A stretch of 63,003 nucleotides of DNA, counting the filler, from Sluysia triapertura (Eukaryota), in assembly GCA_046118255.1 (NCBI GenBank). It is 5 parts of 5 records of this genome, joined end to end, with 100 filler letters (N's around TTAATTAATTAA, not from the genome) between each part and the next. Parts side by side here need not be neighbours in the genome. Positions count along the whole stretch, not along the records: positions 11,623 to 23,450 come from JBJNIA010166815.1; positions 23,551 to 37,065 come from JBJNIA010035485.1; 3 more parts are not named here. One strand, written 5' to 3'. Of the stretch, positions 14,601-26,780 are shown in pieces. Position 1 is the stretch's first letter; each line of letters starts with the position of its first letter. Under the pieces are notes generated by a model that saw only the letters and a list, made by a program, of their open reading frames with translations, had not been told where the DNA came from and did no database searches. The position numbers and the translations under genes were made by a program.

Positions 14601-15433
14601 TCAAAATTCAAACTAAACCTCAACATACATCGCATTGAACCAATCAGATCATTCAAAACTTGTGTTCACGCTAAACCATGTTAAATGAACCCTAAGTGTA
14701 AGGATAATCCTTTTAGCGGGAACTTATCCTCCCAGAATAAATAAAATTTAATAAATATTAATGTTATTACTTATTCTATTTAATAGATCTTTAAGAACAT
14801 TCAAGTCAAATAGTGAAAAATAGTGTTTTTATTAAAAAGCTATATTTACATTCCTTAGTGAAACAATGATTGGCACATGTACAGCTTATGGGCTCAATAA
14901 AAAAACGTATTCAATGAATGAAATTTTTTCGATAATAGATAGACATTTATTATATTCTTTCACCATAGTGATCATTTCCTTGATGTGAATAACAACTTAT
15001 TATTAAATTTTGAAATTTTAAATAGTTTTATCTTTTAAAATGTAGTCACCATTGTAACATTTATATTTAAATATATATTATAAAACAATTCATTCCGTAT
15101 TGAATCTAACATACATTTATTTACTAAACAATAATTAAATGAAATCATGTAAATAATGTCGCATTAAAAAGGAATAATTTTAATTATTAATTATTTTTAA
15201 TTATTTTAATTTTTAATTATTTTTAATTATTATTATTAATTATTTTGAAAGATAAAAAATAACAAAATAAAAAAACAATTTTCTATGCATTTTAAAACCC
15301 ATTAATTTTATTTATGATTATTAATGTCCAAAAATCAAAAATCAAAAATTACACAAAAATGTTTTTAACACACATTAGACTATTAATACAGAAACAATCG
15401 ACATCGTTGAAGAAGCTGTACTTTTTTGAACTA

Positions 15434-15944
15434 TTAGGTTGGTGCATAAATTCGTGCAATTTTATTTATTGCAAAGAAAACTTATTTGAGTTATATTCAT
15501 TCAGCTAAATTATCGATTTAAATCATTTTAGACTAACTTTCACTTTCATTACCCTCATTAAAATGAAATATCAGGTAGATAAAAATGAACATTTCTGGCA
15601 TGTACTCCTTTTTCTATTTTAATCAACATTTGGAGGCTGCAGAAACCACCAGAATAATTTGTTGCAGTCAGTGAACGAACTGTACAAAAGTAGGTTTCGA
15701 AGTTGGCTATTGAAGAGCTTGGCTGGGAAGATCGTCCTCATCCCCCCTATTCATCCATGTCGAACAACGTGGATTGAAGAATTTTTCGACCAAAAATCAC
15801 CAAACTTCTTCAAACTATCAGACTTATATATTTGTTTTTACTAATGATTTAATAAATTCATTTAGTTATCTGGAATTTTTTGCATGGCTTTTATTCTTGA
15901 TCAGTATTCATTTTTCATAAGTGTAAAAAACCGCACCAACCCAA
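15434..15944 (+). mobile_element. Internally deleted mariner element
   Basis: TA-flanked TIRs TTAGGTTGGTGC / GCACCAACCCAA. Remnants MKYQVDKNEHFWHVLLF (N-terminus), LGWEDRPHPPYS and WIEEFFDQKSPNF (C-terminus). Confidence 0.9.
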
Positions 15945-17429
15945 TATCTTTCTTGATTCATCATCAGTATTACTGTAAAAGACTTCGGAAGAAATTGATA
16001 TAGTTTGTCATTTTTCCATGATAAGTAGTGAGTTTTAATTACAAATGTTTTTATATGTTCTTTAAAGGAAAATTTAACATTAAAATCAATTTAAAATATA
16101 AATTAATATTAGGGAAAACAACATCATATTCTAAATTATAATTTTGTGTTTATATATTGAAATTTTTATTGAAATCTTTCTGTATTTTTATAACTAAGTT
16201 TCAAAATATTTATCCTTAAACTAATCATCTCATTAATATCTGTCTGTAATAAGCAGTTAAATCATTCATCTGTACTCCAATCTTGTATATGATTATGGAA
16301 ATTTTAGTTGCATAAATATGAATAATATACCTTAGTGACTTTTGAAGTTTTAATTTGAGTTACTAGTTATAGGTCCTCACGTTTAAATTATTTTACACGA
16401 ATATATCCTACAAAATACGTAAAAGATTAATATTTTGCGGCAAAGTAAGATTTTGAAATCCAAAAGTAATAATATTGTCTCTTCAAAATAATAATATTTG
16501 ATTTTTTAATTCTTTTAGATGATACTAAAATTTTAAATGCATACTCGTCAACATTTGAGATGCTAAAGTATATGTTTTAATTAAACTGTTTGTATTCATT
16601 CTTATTTGACACTTTCTTGGATATATTTTTAAATTAACGATAATACCTACATAAATTAGCAACAATTGGGTTTTAATTCGTACGACAATTCGTTGAGAAT
16701 TTAGTTTTACAACAACATTTTTAATTTTAATGTTTATTTTAAAAAGATAAATCGAATTTGTAGTTGTTGCTTCACAGTGTGATAATGAAATCTTTAAAGT
16801 TTTATTGAATTTGTTTTTAACAGATGTAATGGTTTAGGTTGTAAGTGAAGTGAAGAATGTTAGAATAATCTATCGAAACTTATTGAAGGTTTATAATTTA
16901 AAAATAAGATTTGTACATTAGATAGAACGGTTTGAAATGCTTACTGAAAGGTTGAAGTTATTTTAACTTTAAATGATGATTACAAAATAAATTTAAATAT
17001 ATTATAACGTTATTGCGAATAATTGTGAATGATGAATATGGTTATGTGAAGTGAATTTAGGTCAGTGTTGTTGATTAAAGTTTTAGATGGAAATGATCTA
17101 TGTTTCTAAGGTATTTGATAAAGCTACTATATTCAGGGTTTGTGAAGTTTCTATTATAATTGTGATTTGTTTGTTGAAATATTTGGTGAATGAGTGTTAT
17201 GAATTGTTTAAGGTAAGATGTCGAAGTCTATTGTGCTATAGATGGTTGAAACATTAGCTGAATTGTTGAAGTATATGAATTGATGAGGTGCTGTAAATAT
17301 CGAATGTTGATTTATGAAGTTTATGTTGGTGTAATTCAATAATGAAAAGTATGATTATTTTAAAATTTGAATTTGTAAATATTGATGAAGAAATTTTGAA
17401 TAATTTTAAATTATGAGTGTTTACCACTA

Positions 17430-18230
17430 CAGATGGTTCGGGCTATTTCGAAGTTTTTCTTCAGGTCCACGAGAGTCTTAACATCAATCAAGAACAGTTG
17501 TGATGAGGAAGTACCGCGGGCCTGTATGTCAAGTCGTCGAGTGTCACCGATAATTGATGTAGGCGAATCCTTCATGACCTAGAATCCATTCTGGGTTCTG
17601 TATGAGAGAGTTCCAGATGTTGATATTGCAAGTGCTGATCAGCTCGTGTAGGTATATGTCGACTTTGTCTTTGTGGTAGTGGCTAATGATGATTAGGTTG
17701 TCGCCAAGTATGTCCGACTTCAGGGATAGTTGGATATTGTAGTTGTCAGAGGAAATGAGTGAAGCAGTTATACGTTACTTTCGTTCCAAGTTCTTGATGG
17801 AAGATCGGATTTTCGACCACCAGGTTTGCAACCTAGCGCGCTTATCCGTCGAACTTCCATTGAGCCTTGCGAGAGTTTGGGTCAAATCAACACAATCTTC
17901 ATTCATCCGGCTGTTGGCTATCCGTATAACTTCCCACTTTGTCAGTGTGCGCATCATGTTCTGACACATGTAGTCGTCACATGCTGAGGTCAGGCTGAGT
18001 CCTCCATAGTTCCTGTGTGCCAAAAAGAAACTCATGTTCAATGAGTTTGAGACTAAGGAACATTTTCAGCAGTTCTTGACTGATTGGGATGGAGATTGCT
18101 GAGGGATTGTACATGATGTTCAAGTTCCTTAGTTGGAACGGAAGTCTGGACTTCACAAAGTTCCTGTAAATGAGGAACTTATTCCGGGAACTTAGTTTTG
18201 ACTCCGAGCTACCACTGAGCTGTCAGTCGC
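17430..18230 (-). mobile_element. Decayed NeSL/R2-like non-LTR retrotransposon (RT thumb to REL endonuclease)
   Basis: SKLSSRNKFLIYRNFVKSRLPFQL, FFLAHRNYGGLSL and GDTRRLDIQARGTSSSQLFLIDVKT (PD..D-type REL), homologous to 25770-26070. GC content is raised relative to the flanks. Confidence 0.8.
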
Positions 18231-19449
18231 GTCTAACAATTTTAGATTATTATAGTCAGTTATACCAAATGGCAATTTATCCCAACAAAAATATTCTCAT
18301 TAATTGAAAATTTAATAAAAAATATAGCTGTTACAGCAGTTATTCCTTTTTTTAATTATTTAATTAAATTTTATTCTTTAGATTTAATTTTTTAATAATA
18401 AAATTAATTTTATTATAAACATATTTAAATTAAGTGCTTTATTTTCATAATTATTATAATTTTATAAATGTATTCTAACTTTCTAATCTTCAGTTAAGAA
18501 TGAGAAAATTATTTGAGGTTTATAAAAATAACCATACAGTGCGCACTGATGTATACATACGTTAACCACATTTTATTATGCAACAGTATTGTAAAGGAAA
18601 AATTTATTTAAAATGTATTTTTTTGTAATATATTTTTATGTAATAAGTGGTATTTTCATATAAAAAAAATCTGTAATTATTAAATTGAATTGAAATTACT
18701 ATTATTAAATTGAAATATTATAAAAAAATAAAAATTAGTATTATTATAGAGAATTATTATTATTTAAAAATTATATTATTTAATATATAAATATTAAAAC
18801 AAATAATATTATATAATAATTATTATTATTATTTAAAATATTTAAATATTATTAAAACTAAACTATTATTGTTTAAATTCATTGTTTATAAATTCATTGT
18901 TTACAAATACTACTTAGCAAAAAAATTTATAAAAACAGTGAGATTTTGTTTAAAATCTCACAAGTAAAATTACGACAAGTAATACAGTTTATATTTGGAA
19001 AAAAGTCATATTTTATTGATTGCTTTATACTTTGAGAAAATATAGTTTATATTTGGAGAAAGCCATATTTTATTTAGAATTTATTAATCTGATTATACTT
19101 TGATAGTTGGACATCAATTAGATATTTTATAATACTAAGCTAATCGTTAGTTTTTTATTTAGTTAAGGTATATTTTATTAACATAAATTACACGTAAATT
19201 TAAATTATAATTTGGTAATATTTATATACTACATAAATTTATTTCGTAAAGTTTAATAACTAAATATTAATTATAAATTAATATTAAATATCTATCGTCA
19301 TAATATAAACGTTAAACAAACCTTTAACTCCTGTATAATATTTTGTGTGATATTTTATTATATTTTACTACTAAATTTAATATTATATTATATAATATAA
19401 TTTGACACTTTATAAGCACACTTGAATATTAAAATTTGTATTTGTATAA

Positions 19450-19680
19450 GTGAATTAATATTTTGCATCTAAGTTTTGATTTAACATTTTGTCTAACGTT
19501 TGCATAATTGAATTAACATTTTGTATCTAAAGGTCGAATTAACATTTTGTATCTAAAGTTTATATAATTGAATTTAATATTGTCTTTTAATAAATAATTA
19601 TAACACTAAAGTTTGTGTTTTTGATAATCATTAACATTTTGAATTGGATATTTGAATTAACACTTTGTATCTTTTGATAA
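19450..19680. repeat. Degenerate minisatellite, unit about GAATTAACATTTTGTATCTAAAG
   Basis: At least five imperfect copies are visible. Confidence 0.65.
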
Positions 19681-20415
19681 ATAATTATACTACATTTATT
19701 CTTTTTATTATAATAAAAGTTATAATAAATTCTTTATTAAAAAAGATTCAATTGCAATAAGCATTTAGAATTAAGACACACGTGGAGTCAATAATATTAT
19801 ATATACATACAGTTTTACTTTATTTTATTGACGCTTCAAATCTATGTGCTGGCCTTTTAGTGAGTAAGTCCAGTATCATAGAGAATCACGATAAGAGTAA
19901 TTCTAAATAAACATAAAAACAATCCAAAACAACCTATCTTTGTCATACTAATTTTCACAGCTTTCTCCCTGACGACTTTATAATAAAATAACAGCGATAC
20001 TGAAGATAACAACCAGATCCGATATTTGTCATTAATATTTTTGCAACATAATGTTGGTATTTGTTGGGATTTGAAATTACATTGTGCATTACAGGATTAT
20101 TTTTACTAATAGATTACACTTGTATTATTTTCTTTTATTTTATTTTATAGTTTTGTTCATAATAACGTTTTATGAAGTTATTTTCACTAAATTATTTAAA
20201 ATTAAATTAATATAAATATAATTTTATAAACATCACACACCTAACTTAGTATATTACTAGTTGTTTTAATAAATGTATAATATAGTAGTTTGCAATAAAG
20301 TAAATTAAAATAAATTGTAAATTCGATAATACAGTTTTTTAACATAAATTTTTTTGAGTAGCACACATTATTGTACTATTTGTGATATAAAATTGCTGTT
20401 ATATGTTTTGAAAAT

Positions 20416-20984
20416 ATGTTAAAATCAGTAGATAAAAATTTTGAAGTTGGTAATATAAAGATAAACGAAGAAATACTAAATAGAATAGCGTCTAATGAAG
20501 CTACAGATAATATTTATGGATTTCAGGAGCATAAAAGTGAGTTTGATCGTACAGGATGGTTGGTGAATATGAAACCAACCGATTTTATAAACCAAGAAAA
20601 TATTGTTGTATCTGCGATGTTGTATTATTTCATCGAAGATGACGGAAGTAGATTCAAAACTGTGAAGGCTTTTCAGCCTTATTTTTATATTTGCACCAAA
20701 AACGATACCGAATCGCTCGTTGAAAATGAGCTGAGAAAAAAATATGATAACTACATATCAAATATTGAAATATTAAGCAAGGAAGATTTAGATCTAGATA
20801 ATCATTTAAGCGGTCTTAAAAGAACGTTTTTAAAATTGAGTTTTAATAGAGTTGAAGATTTAATGATTGTGAGAAAAGATTTACTTCCAATTGTGAAAGA
20901 TAACAAAAAGAAATCAAAGGAACAAACCAATTATACTGAATTATTAACTGGACATTATACAGGGAATACGTCTATGAATAAAGG
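20416..20984 (+). CDS. POLE: DNA polymerase epsilon catalytic subunit, exon 1
   Basis: [29 protein letters not shown] and [22 protein letters not shown] match the POLE N-terminus. A 31-nt intron follows (20985-21015). Confidence 0.97.
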
Positions 20985-21015
20985 GTATATTATTTTTATT
21001 TATAATTGAAATTAG

Positions 21016-21430
21016 AATAGGAAAAGATTGGATTAATTGGATAATAGACATTCGAGAATACGATGTACCATATCATGTTCGTGTATCAATTGATTTAAAC
21101 ATATTTATTGGTAAATGGTATAATGTAAAAGGGATGGGAGAATTTACTGAACTTTCCCCCCGGGATGATTTAGTTCATCGACCAGATCCAGTTGTTTTAG
21201 CATATGATATTGAAACAACAAAGTTACCGTTGAAGTTTCCAGATTCTTCTATAGATCAAATTATGATGATTTCTTATATGCTCGATGGTCAGGGATATTT
21301 AATTTGTAATAGAGAAATTATATCCGAAGATATAGAAAATTTTGAATTTACACCAAGGCCAGAATTTCCAGGTCCTTTTATTGTGTATAATGAACCCGAT
21401 GAAAAGTCTACAATTAAGAAATTTTTTGAA
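21016..21430 (+). CDS. POLE: POLE exon 2 (ExoI motif)
   Basis: [16 protein letters not shown] and [27 protein letters not shown] 33-nt intron follows (21431-21463). Confidence 0.97.
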
Positions 21431-21463
21431 GTTTGATTGTTTTAAATTTTATAATATTTTTAG

Positions 21464-22210
21464 CATATTCGTGATGCAAAGCCACATATTTTTGTTACTT
21501 ATAATGGAGATTTTTTTGATTGGCCCTTTGTTGAAACTCGAGCAATGATTCATGGTATCGATATGTTGGAAGAAATAGGATTTAGTAAGGATTCCCAAAA
21601 TGAGTACAAGAGTAGACCTGCAGCTCACATGGATGCTTTACAATGGGTGAAGCGGGACAGTTATTTACCTGTTGGTTCTCATGGTTTAAAACCAGTTTGC
21701 AAATCTAAATTACATTATGATCCAGTAGAAGTTGATCCGGAAGATATGGTGAAATTTGCTCGAGAACAGCCACGAACGTTAGCAAATTACTCAGTCTCAG
21801 ATGCTGTGGCAACCTATTATCTTTACATGCGCTATGTACATCCTTTTATATTTGCATTATGTACCATTATACCTATGGATCCAGACGAAGTATTGCGCAA
21901 AGGGAGTGGAACTCTTTGTGAATCCTTACTCATGGTTCAGGCCTTTCAAGCTAATATTATTTTTCCAAATAAGCAAGAGAATAAGTTAAATGAATTAACA
22001 TCAGATGGTCACTTGTTAAAATCTGAAACATATGTGGGAGGACATGTAGAGGCTTTAGAATCTGGTGTTTTTAGAGCTGATGTTCCAACAAAATTTTGTG
22101 TTGTTCCGGAAATTTGCCAGTATCTTAAAGATAATTTAAGACGAACAATGGAACATGCACTTGTCGTTGAAGAAAAAGTAGATCTAAATACCATACTTAA
22201 TTTTGATGAG
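21464..22210 (+). CDS. POLE: POLE exon 3 (ExoII-III, start of polymerase domain); remainder not found before the contig end
   Basis: [43 protein letters not shown] and [19 protein letters not shown]; donor GAG|gtcagt. Confidence 0.97.
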
Positions 22211-23450
22211 GTCAGTGTTAATTTTTAAGTTATTAATATTAATTTGAAATTTGTACTACCTATTCGATGTTAATATCTCTACGATATTTACAACTTAGGA
22301 ATGAACCATTATACAAGAATGCTAATTTATTATCATGTCTATAAACGAAAAATTCGTAAGGCGATGCTGACTTTCCAGATTTGTATTAGGATTATAACAG
22401 AAAATGCTGAATATCATTATTCCAAATAGATATCAAACAAAATTAAAAGTACATTTATTTATACATTGACATAAGAAATAATGTATTTGTTACTGCTGTA
22501 GTGGCCCAACTCATTCGTTCCAAATTTTACCACTTCATAATACATCAAACATCTATACGACCACACTACATTTAAATAACTTTATATATTAAATTTCAAA
22601 ATTTAAAATCCAAAATTTCTATAAAAACCAATTCCAAATTTTCTGAATTCTTTACTATAATTCTTTTCTTAACTCTCTATGACATCTTTTTATTTCAACA
22701 ATTCAGCACATTAAAAATCTAAATCTTCAGCAGCTACAACTAAATCAACATCAGAAAAATTTATATCACAAAAAACAGATGTCTTCTTTCCTCGAGAAAC
22801 TTATTAGTATTTAATTTAAGTAATAAAATTCATATTTTTTAAAGACATCAAAATTACTTATGGCCTCTTTTATTAACTTAATTTAATAAGTAAAAATTAG
22901 ATTTTTTATTGGATGCCACCAGAAGTATCCTTCACCATATAAAAACTAATAAACCGTTTCGACTGACAGAACTTATACAAGCTAAAAGTTTCATAAGATA
23001 AATTTAAAGCTAAATGTTTGTTCTATAATTCGATTCTAAAAAATTTGGCGTTTTATAATTTTGTGAAACAATAAATTTTAAAGCCAAAATATTATATATT
23101 AAGGTAGTAGAGAAATTATTGAATAATTTAAATTAAAGTAATAAAATGCCGTAATATATTTCTGTTACAATTTGAGTAAGTTAAGTACTAAAATTAAATA
23201 TTTTTATTACAATATTAGAATAAATAATTTTGTGCAATTTAGCAAAGCTATACCTTAAATATAATCGTTATATTTAGAATAAAGAAATAATAAAAGCTAA
23301 ATTTATTACAATAATAATAATGATAATGTTCGGTTTTCTTTCTACTCGAACAATTATAAAATAAATTTTAGATGCTGGGTCCGCCTACGCTAAACGATTT
23401 ATCTTACCTATAAGGACGTTCACGTAGGATTTTAAAGCTTGTCAAAAAAC

Positions 23451-23550
23451 NNNNNNNNNNNNNNNNNNNNNNNNNNNNNNNNNNNNNNNNNNNNTTAATT
23501 AATTAANNNNNNNNNNNNNNNNNNNNNNNNNNNNNNNNNNNNNNNNNNNN
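23451..23550. other. Artificial contig spacer
   Basis: N44-TTAATTAATTAA-N44 linker. Confidence 0.99.
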
Positions 23551-23556
23551 ATTACA

Positions 23557-23661
23557 TCTACATCTACGGTTAATATATATTTCATTATATGGAGGAGGGG
23601 GTCGTTTAAAATTTCCTAAGCTTGAAGAGGGTCGCTATATAAAAAAGTTTAAGAAGCCCTG
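23557..23661. mobile_element. Terminus of a hAT (Buster/Charlie-like) element, copy 2
   Basis: Matches 1-105. TIR is CAGGGCTTCTTAAAC on the minus strand; the flanking 8-mer TTATAGAG has a central TA. Confidence 0.7.
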
Positions 23662-23669
23662 TTATAGAG

Positions 23670-26130
23670 GACCACCGTGGAAGAAAAATCAGAATCTATG
23701 TAGTTGGTATCACCACACAAATCTGATAAGTGTGACTCACAACCCTCAGAGAAAGATTATGGTGACCTGTTTAATAGACCCGCCTGATAAGCAACATCAT
23801 CGAACGACCTGTTTGACGCGATAAAACGGGTTACACGTGTAGGGTGGCAGATTTAGTTGTGCATGATGACATTTCGTATCAAGCATGATACTGATGGGGA
23901 GAACATCTCAAAGCACATGCGAAACTTACATGAAACTGTATGTGAAATGCATTTGTGGAAAAACTGTTACATGGCACGAGGACATCAATTATAGAATTGT
24001 CGATTATTATTGGTACAATAAGACGTCATCTCAAAAGGGCACATGACCTGTCGAAACCTCTGCTGGTTAAGTGCATGTTTATGTCACTCTGTGATAGAAT
24101 GAGCGCCCTACAAGTCCACTTTCCGAGACATACAAATCTAAGAGTGGTGTTAGACACAAAAGAGATCATTCTCAGCAACAATGATCTCGACTCAGTCCAT
24201 CCATCGGATTGACTAACTAGAAAGGCATTTGAGGCTTTTTCACGGCATATGTCATTGACAGTGACAATGTCATGCTGGACACTGAATTATTCAGTTATGC
24301 CATTACGACGGATTGTCAAGACCTGCTCAATAACTTCCTGCTGTATAAACTGGCCCAGTTTAAACATCTATATTGGGTCATTAACAAGGACACCATTGCA
24401 TGAGGTTAATTGTCAGTAATGTTACTAAAGAGTATCTGTTTATTGACCCAATGCATGAACGTCCAGAGGAGCTTCCATCCTTCCTAGCAAGGATTACGGA
24501 AGGGTTCATGGTGTTACCACTGTATCCGCAAAACAAACCTCTCATGCCTGGTGATGTAGTTTATCCGAAGCAGAATGGCCCAACAGATTTTAGTCCATAT
24601 ATCTGCAACGTCGCTCTCTAATATAGGCAGCTCAAATCATCTGGAGAACTGGCAGTTTGTGGAGCCAGATATAATGTGGACCAGAACCACTCTACATAAC
24701 CTAATAAATCGTAAATTGGCTGGTACATAAAATATACAAAATATATAATATAGCCCGGGAAGGTCAAGGTAAAAGGACTCTGATAGACATGAATATTAAT
24801 AAAATATACATGTCAGCATGGACAGATACTTTCAATTGATAACTAGCTCGGTAACTCCGGATGAGCGACCGACGGATAAACAAATTGTGGCCCCTATAAT
24901 AGTGCTAAAGTGCCACAATTACCATACTTCCCGGATGCCATTACAGGAGAGATGGTGATATCGGAAGAAGTGTGTCAGAACTCAGCACCCGGACAAAACA
25001 AGGTAACATTAAATGATATTCGGGCCGCTCCATTCAACAGAATTCTGGAAACAGAACGAACACCATATTGTTGGAAAGACATCACTGCACTCCTGCTCAT
25101 AAAACCAGGAAAGGTTTAAGCAAGGTCGGGAACTGTCCAATTGGCGTCTTATTGCCATAATCGTATCTTTGCGAAAACACTCAATAGACCCAGATGGGAA
25201 AGCTCCTAAAAATACATCGAGGTGTGATCAATCGATCAGACAGATGTATTGAACATAACTTTGTTATCAGAACACTTCGGGAAGTGACTGAAACAAAGAA
25301 TTAAGCTAGGAAAAGGAAACATGAAATATACATAGAGTATCTTGACCTAACTAATGCATTTGGATCAGTGCCGCATGAGCTGCTGTGGTACACATTGAAG
25401 TAGAAATGACTTAATTAGTTTATGTTAATGTGATTAAGTTTTATAATTTTATATGATGTATCACATACTGGTTCACACCACATGCGGTGATGAAACGATT
25501 ATTTGAAAACGAGTTCACAGAAATCATGGCGGCCTTCGTCTCTTTATCAGCATAAGATGGCTACATGTACCAGAATGTAGTGTGCGCCTTTACACTGCTC
25601 AACAGTCGCACACCAGCAATGTCACTCTTGCGCGTCACGAAATCATCCGAACAGCTGCTGCCAGAATGAACTCCGAAATAACTGAAATGAATCACGCCCT
25701 GATAACACTTTGAAAAGCGCGAAATAACATACTCAAATTAAATAACATGTCCAACTTCAATAACATCCATCGAAGATGATCCCCGACGACCGAACATTCA
25801 AGCCAGAGGAACCAACTCACCGCAGTTGTTCCTCAGAGACATAAAAACGCCAATGGATCTAAAGAAATACTTCGAGACAGCCAGGACTACGAACGCTGAA
25901 AAATACTCGGATCTCCAGGAGAAGCTGCAATTTCAGCTAAAATGTCAAGTCTCTCTTGATACCTTCATTGTTAGAGTCTTCAGATCCTGGAATCTCAAGA
26001 ATGAAAAGTTGGATTCCACACGAGCGAAATTAAACCACTTACAAAAGTGGTGTACTAATTTAGCTCTGTAATCTTCCAACAATGCCTACAGAGACCATAT
26101 ATTACAAGGTGCCGAGCCTCAAAAATTATG
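23670..26130 (+). mobile_element. Decayed NeSL-like non-LTR retrotransposon: C2H2 fingers - Ulp1-like protease - RT - REL endonuclease
   Basis: Zinc-finger remnants (SKHMRNLH, RRHLKRAH, KCMF..LQVHFPRH). Protease remnants (GHHC..LFIDPM..KQNGPTDFSPYIC). RT motifs (NSAPGQNKV, PYCWK..LLIKPG, YLDLTNAFGSVPHELL). REL (RRPNIQARG..LFLRDIKTP..EKYSDL..FIVRVFRSW). Many stops and deletions; ends are approximate. Confidence 0.85.
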
Positions 26131-26289
26131 ACATATTTCCATAATGGAAATAGTATTATTGCCTATTGAAAAAAATCAATGACAAATTCATCATAGTAAT
26201 ATAATAAAAATTGAAATTAAAGAAAATAAAGGTTTGTTCAAAACTATTCTTCAATAAAATTCTAGTTAATTGAGAAGTCCAAACGTAAC

Positions 26290-26780
26290 CACTCATACCT
26301 CACTTTATAATGAGGTGAGCCCCGAACCTCAGGACACAGCAGCAGAAAAAGCACAAGCTCCCCATTGGAAACGTGACCGTCACCAAATTTACCAGCAACC
26401 TGAACTTCAGTTCCCAGCTCCTTGTCTCACAACCAAAAACAACCTACCAGAAGTGACGACAGTTGATCATGACTCTGTCGATAAGTCATGATTGCGCTAT
26501 AATGGTCTACTCCTACATAGTTGACCCAGAATTAAAGGTGGTCGACTGCTTTACATCCAACTTCGCGATTCACAAAAACAAACATGCATTCTTAAACAAT
26601 TTCCCACTCCCCAAACTTGCAAAATGGTTATACCTGTACTGGGTGATCACTAGTGGACACCACTGGATATAGATGATATTCAATAAGAATGATAATACAT
26701 ATGCAACAATCGACCCATTAAACACGAATCCCCAACACTTCACCTACTTAGTCATTATATTAGCAACATTGTCACAGATT
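26290..26780 (+). mobile_element. Second Ulp1-like protease fragment of the same retroelement family
   Basis: FLNNFPLPKLAKWLYLYWVITSGHHWI..TIDPL aligns with LLNNFLLYKLAQFKHLYWVIN-GHHC..FIDPM at 24320-24455. Confidence 0.7.

Noticed and set aside
19450-19680. CRISPR-like repeat array
   Set aside because: The repeats are degenerate with no regular unique spacers, there are no cas genes, and the context is eukaryotic.
19845-19880. Weak resemblance to the U2 snRNA 5' end (GGCCTTTT..AGT..AGTATC)
   Set aside because: The branch-pairing GTGTAGTA and stem I are not conserved, and it is not at a retroelement junction.
21342-22194. Alternative-frame and antisense ORFs over POLE (likewise 30116-30364, 39635-40121, 48785-48970)
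   Set aside because: They are shadows of real exons.
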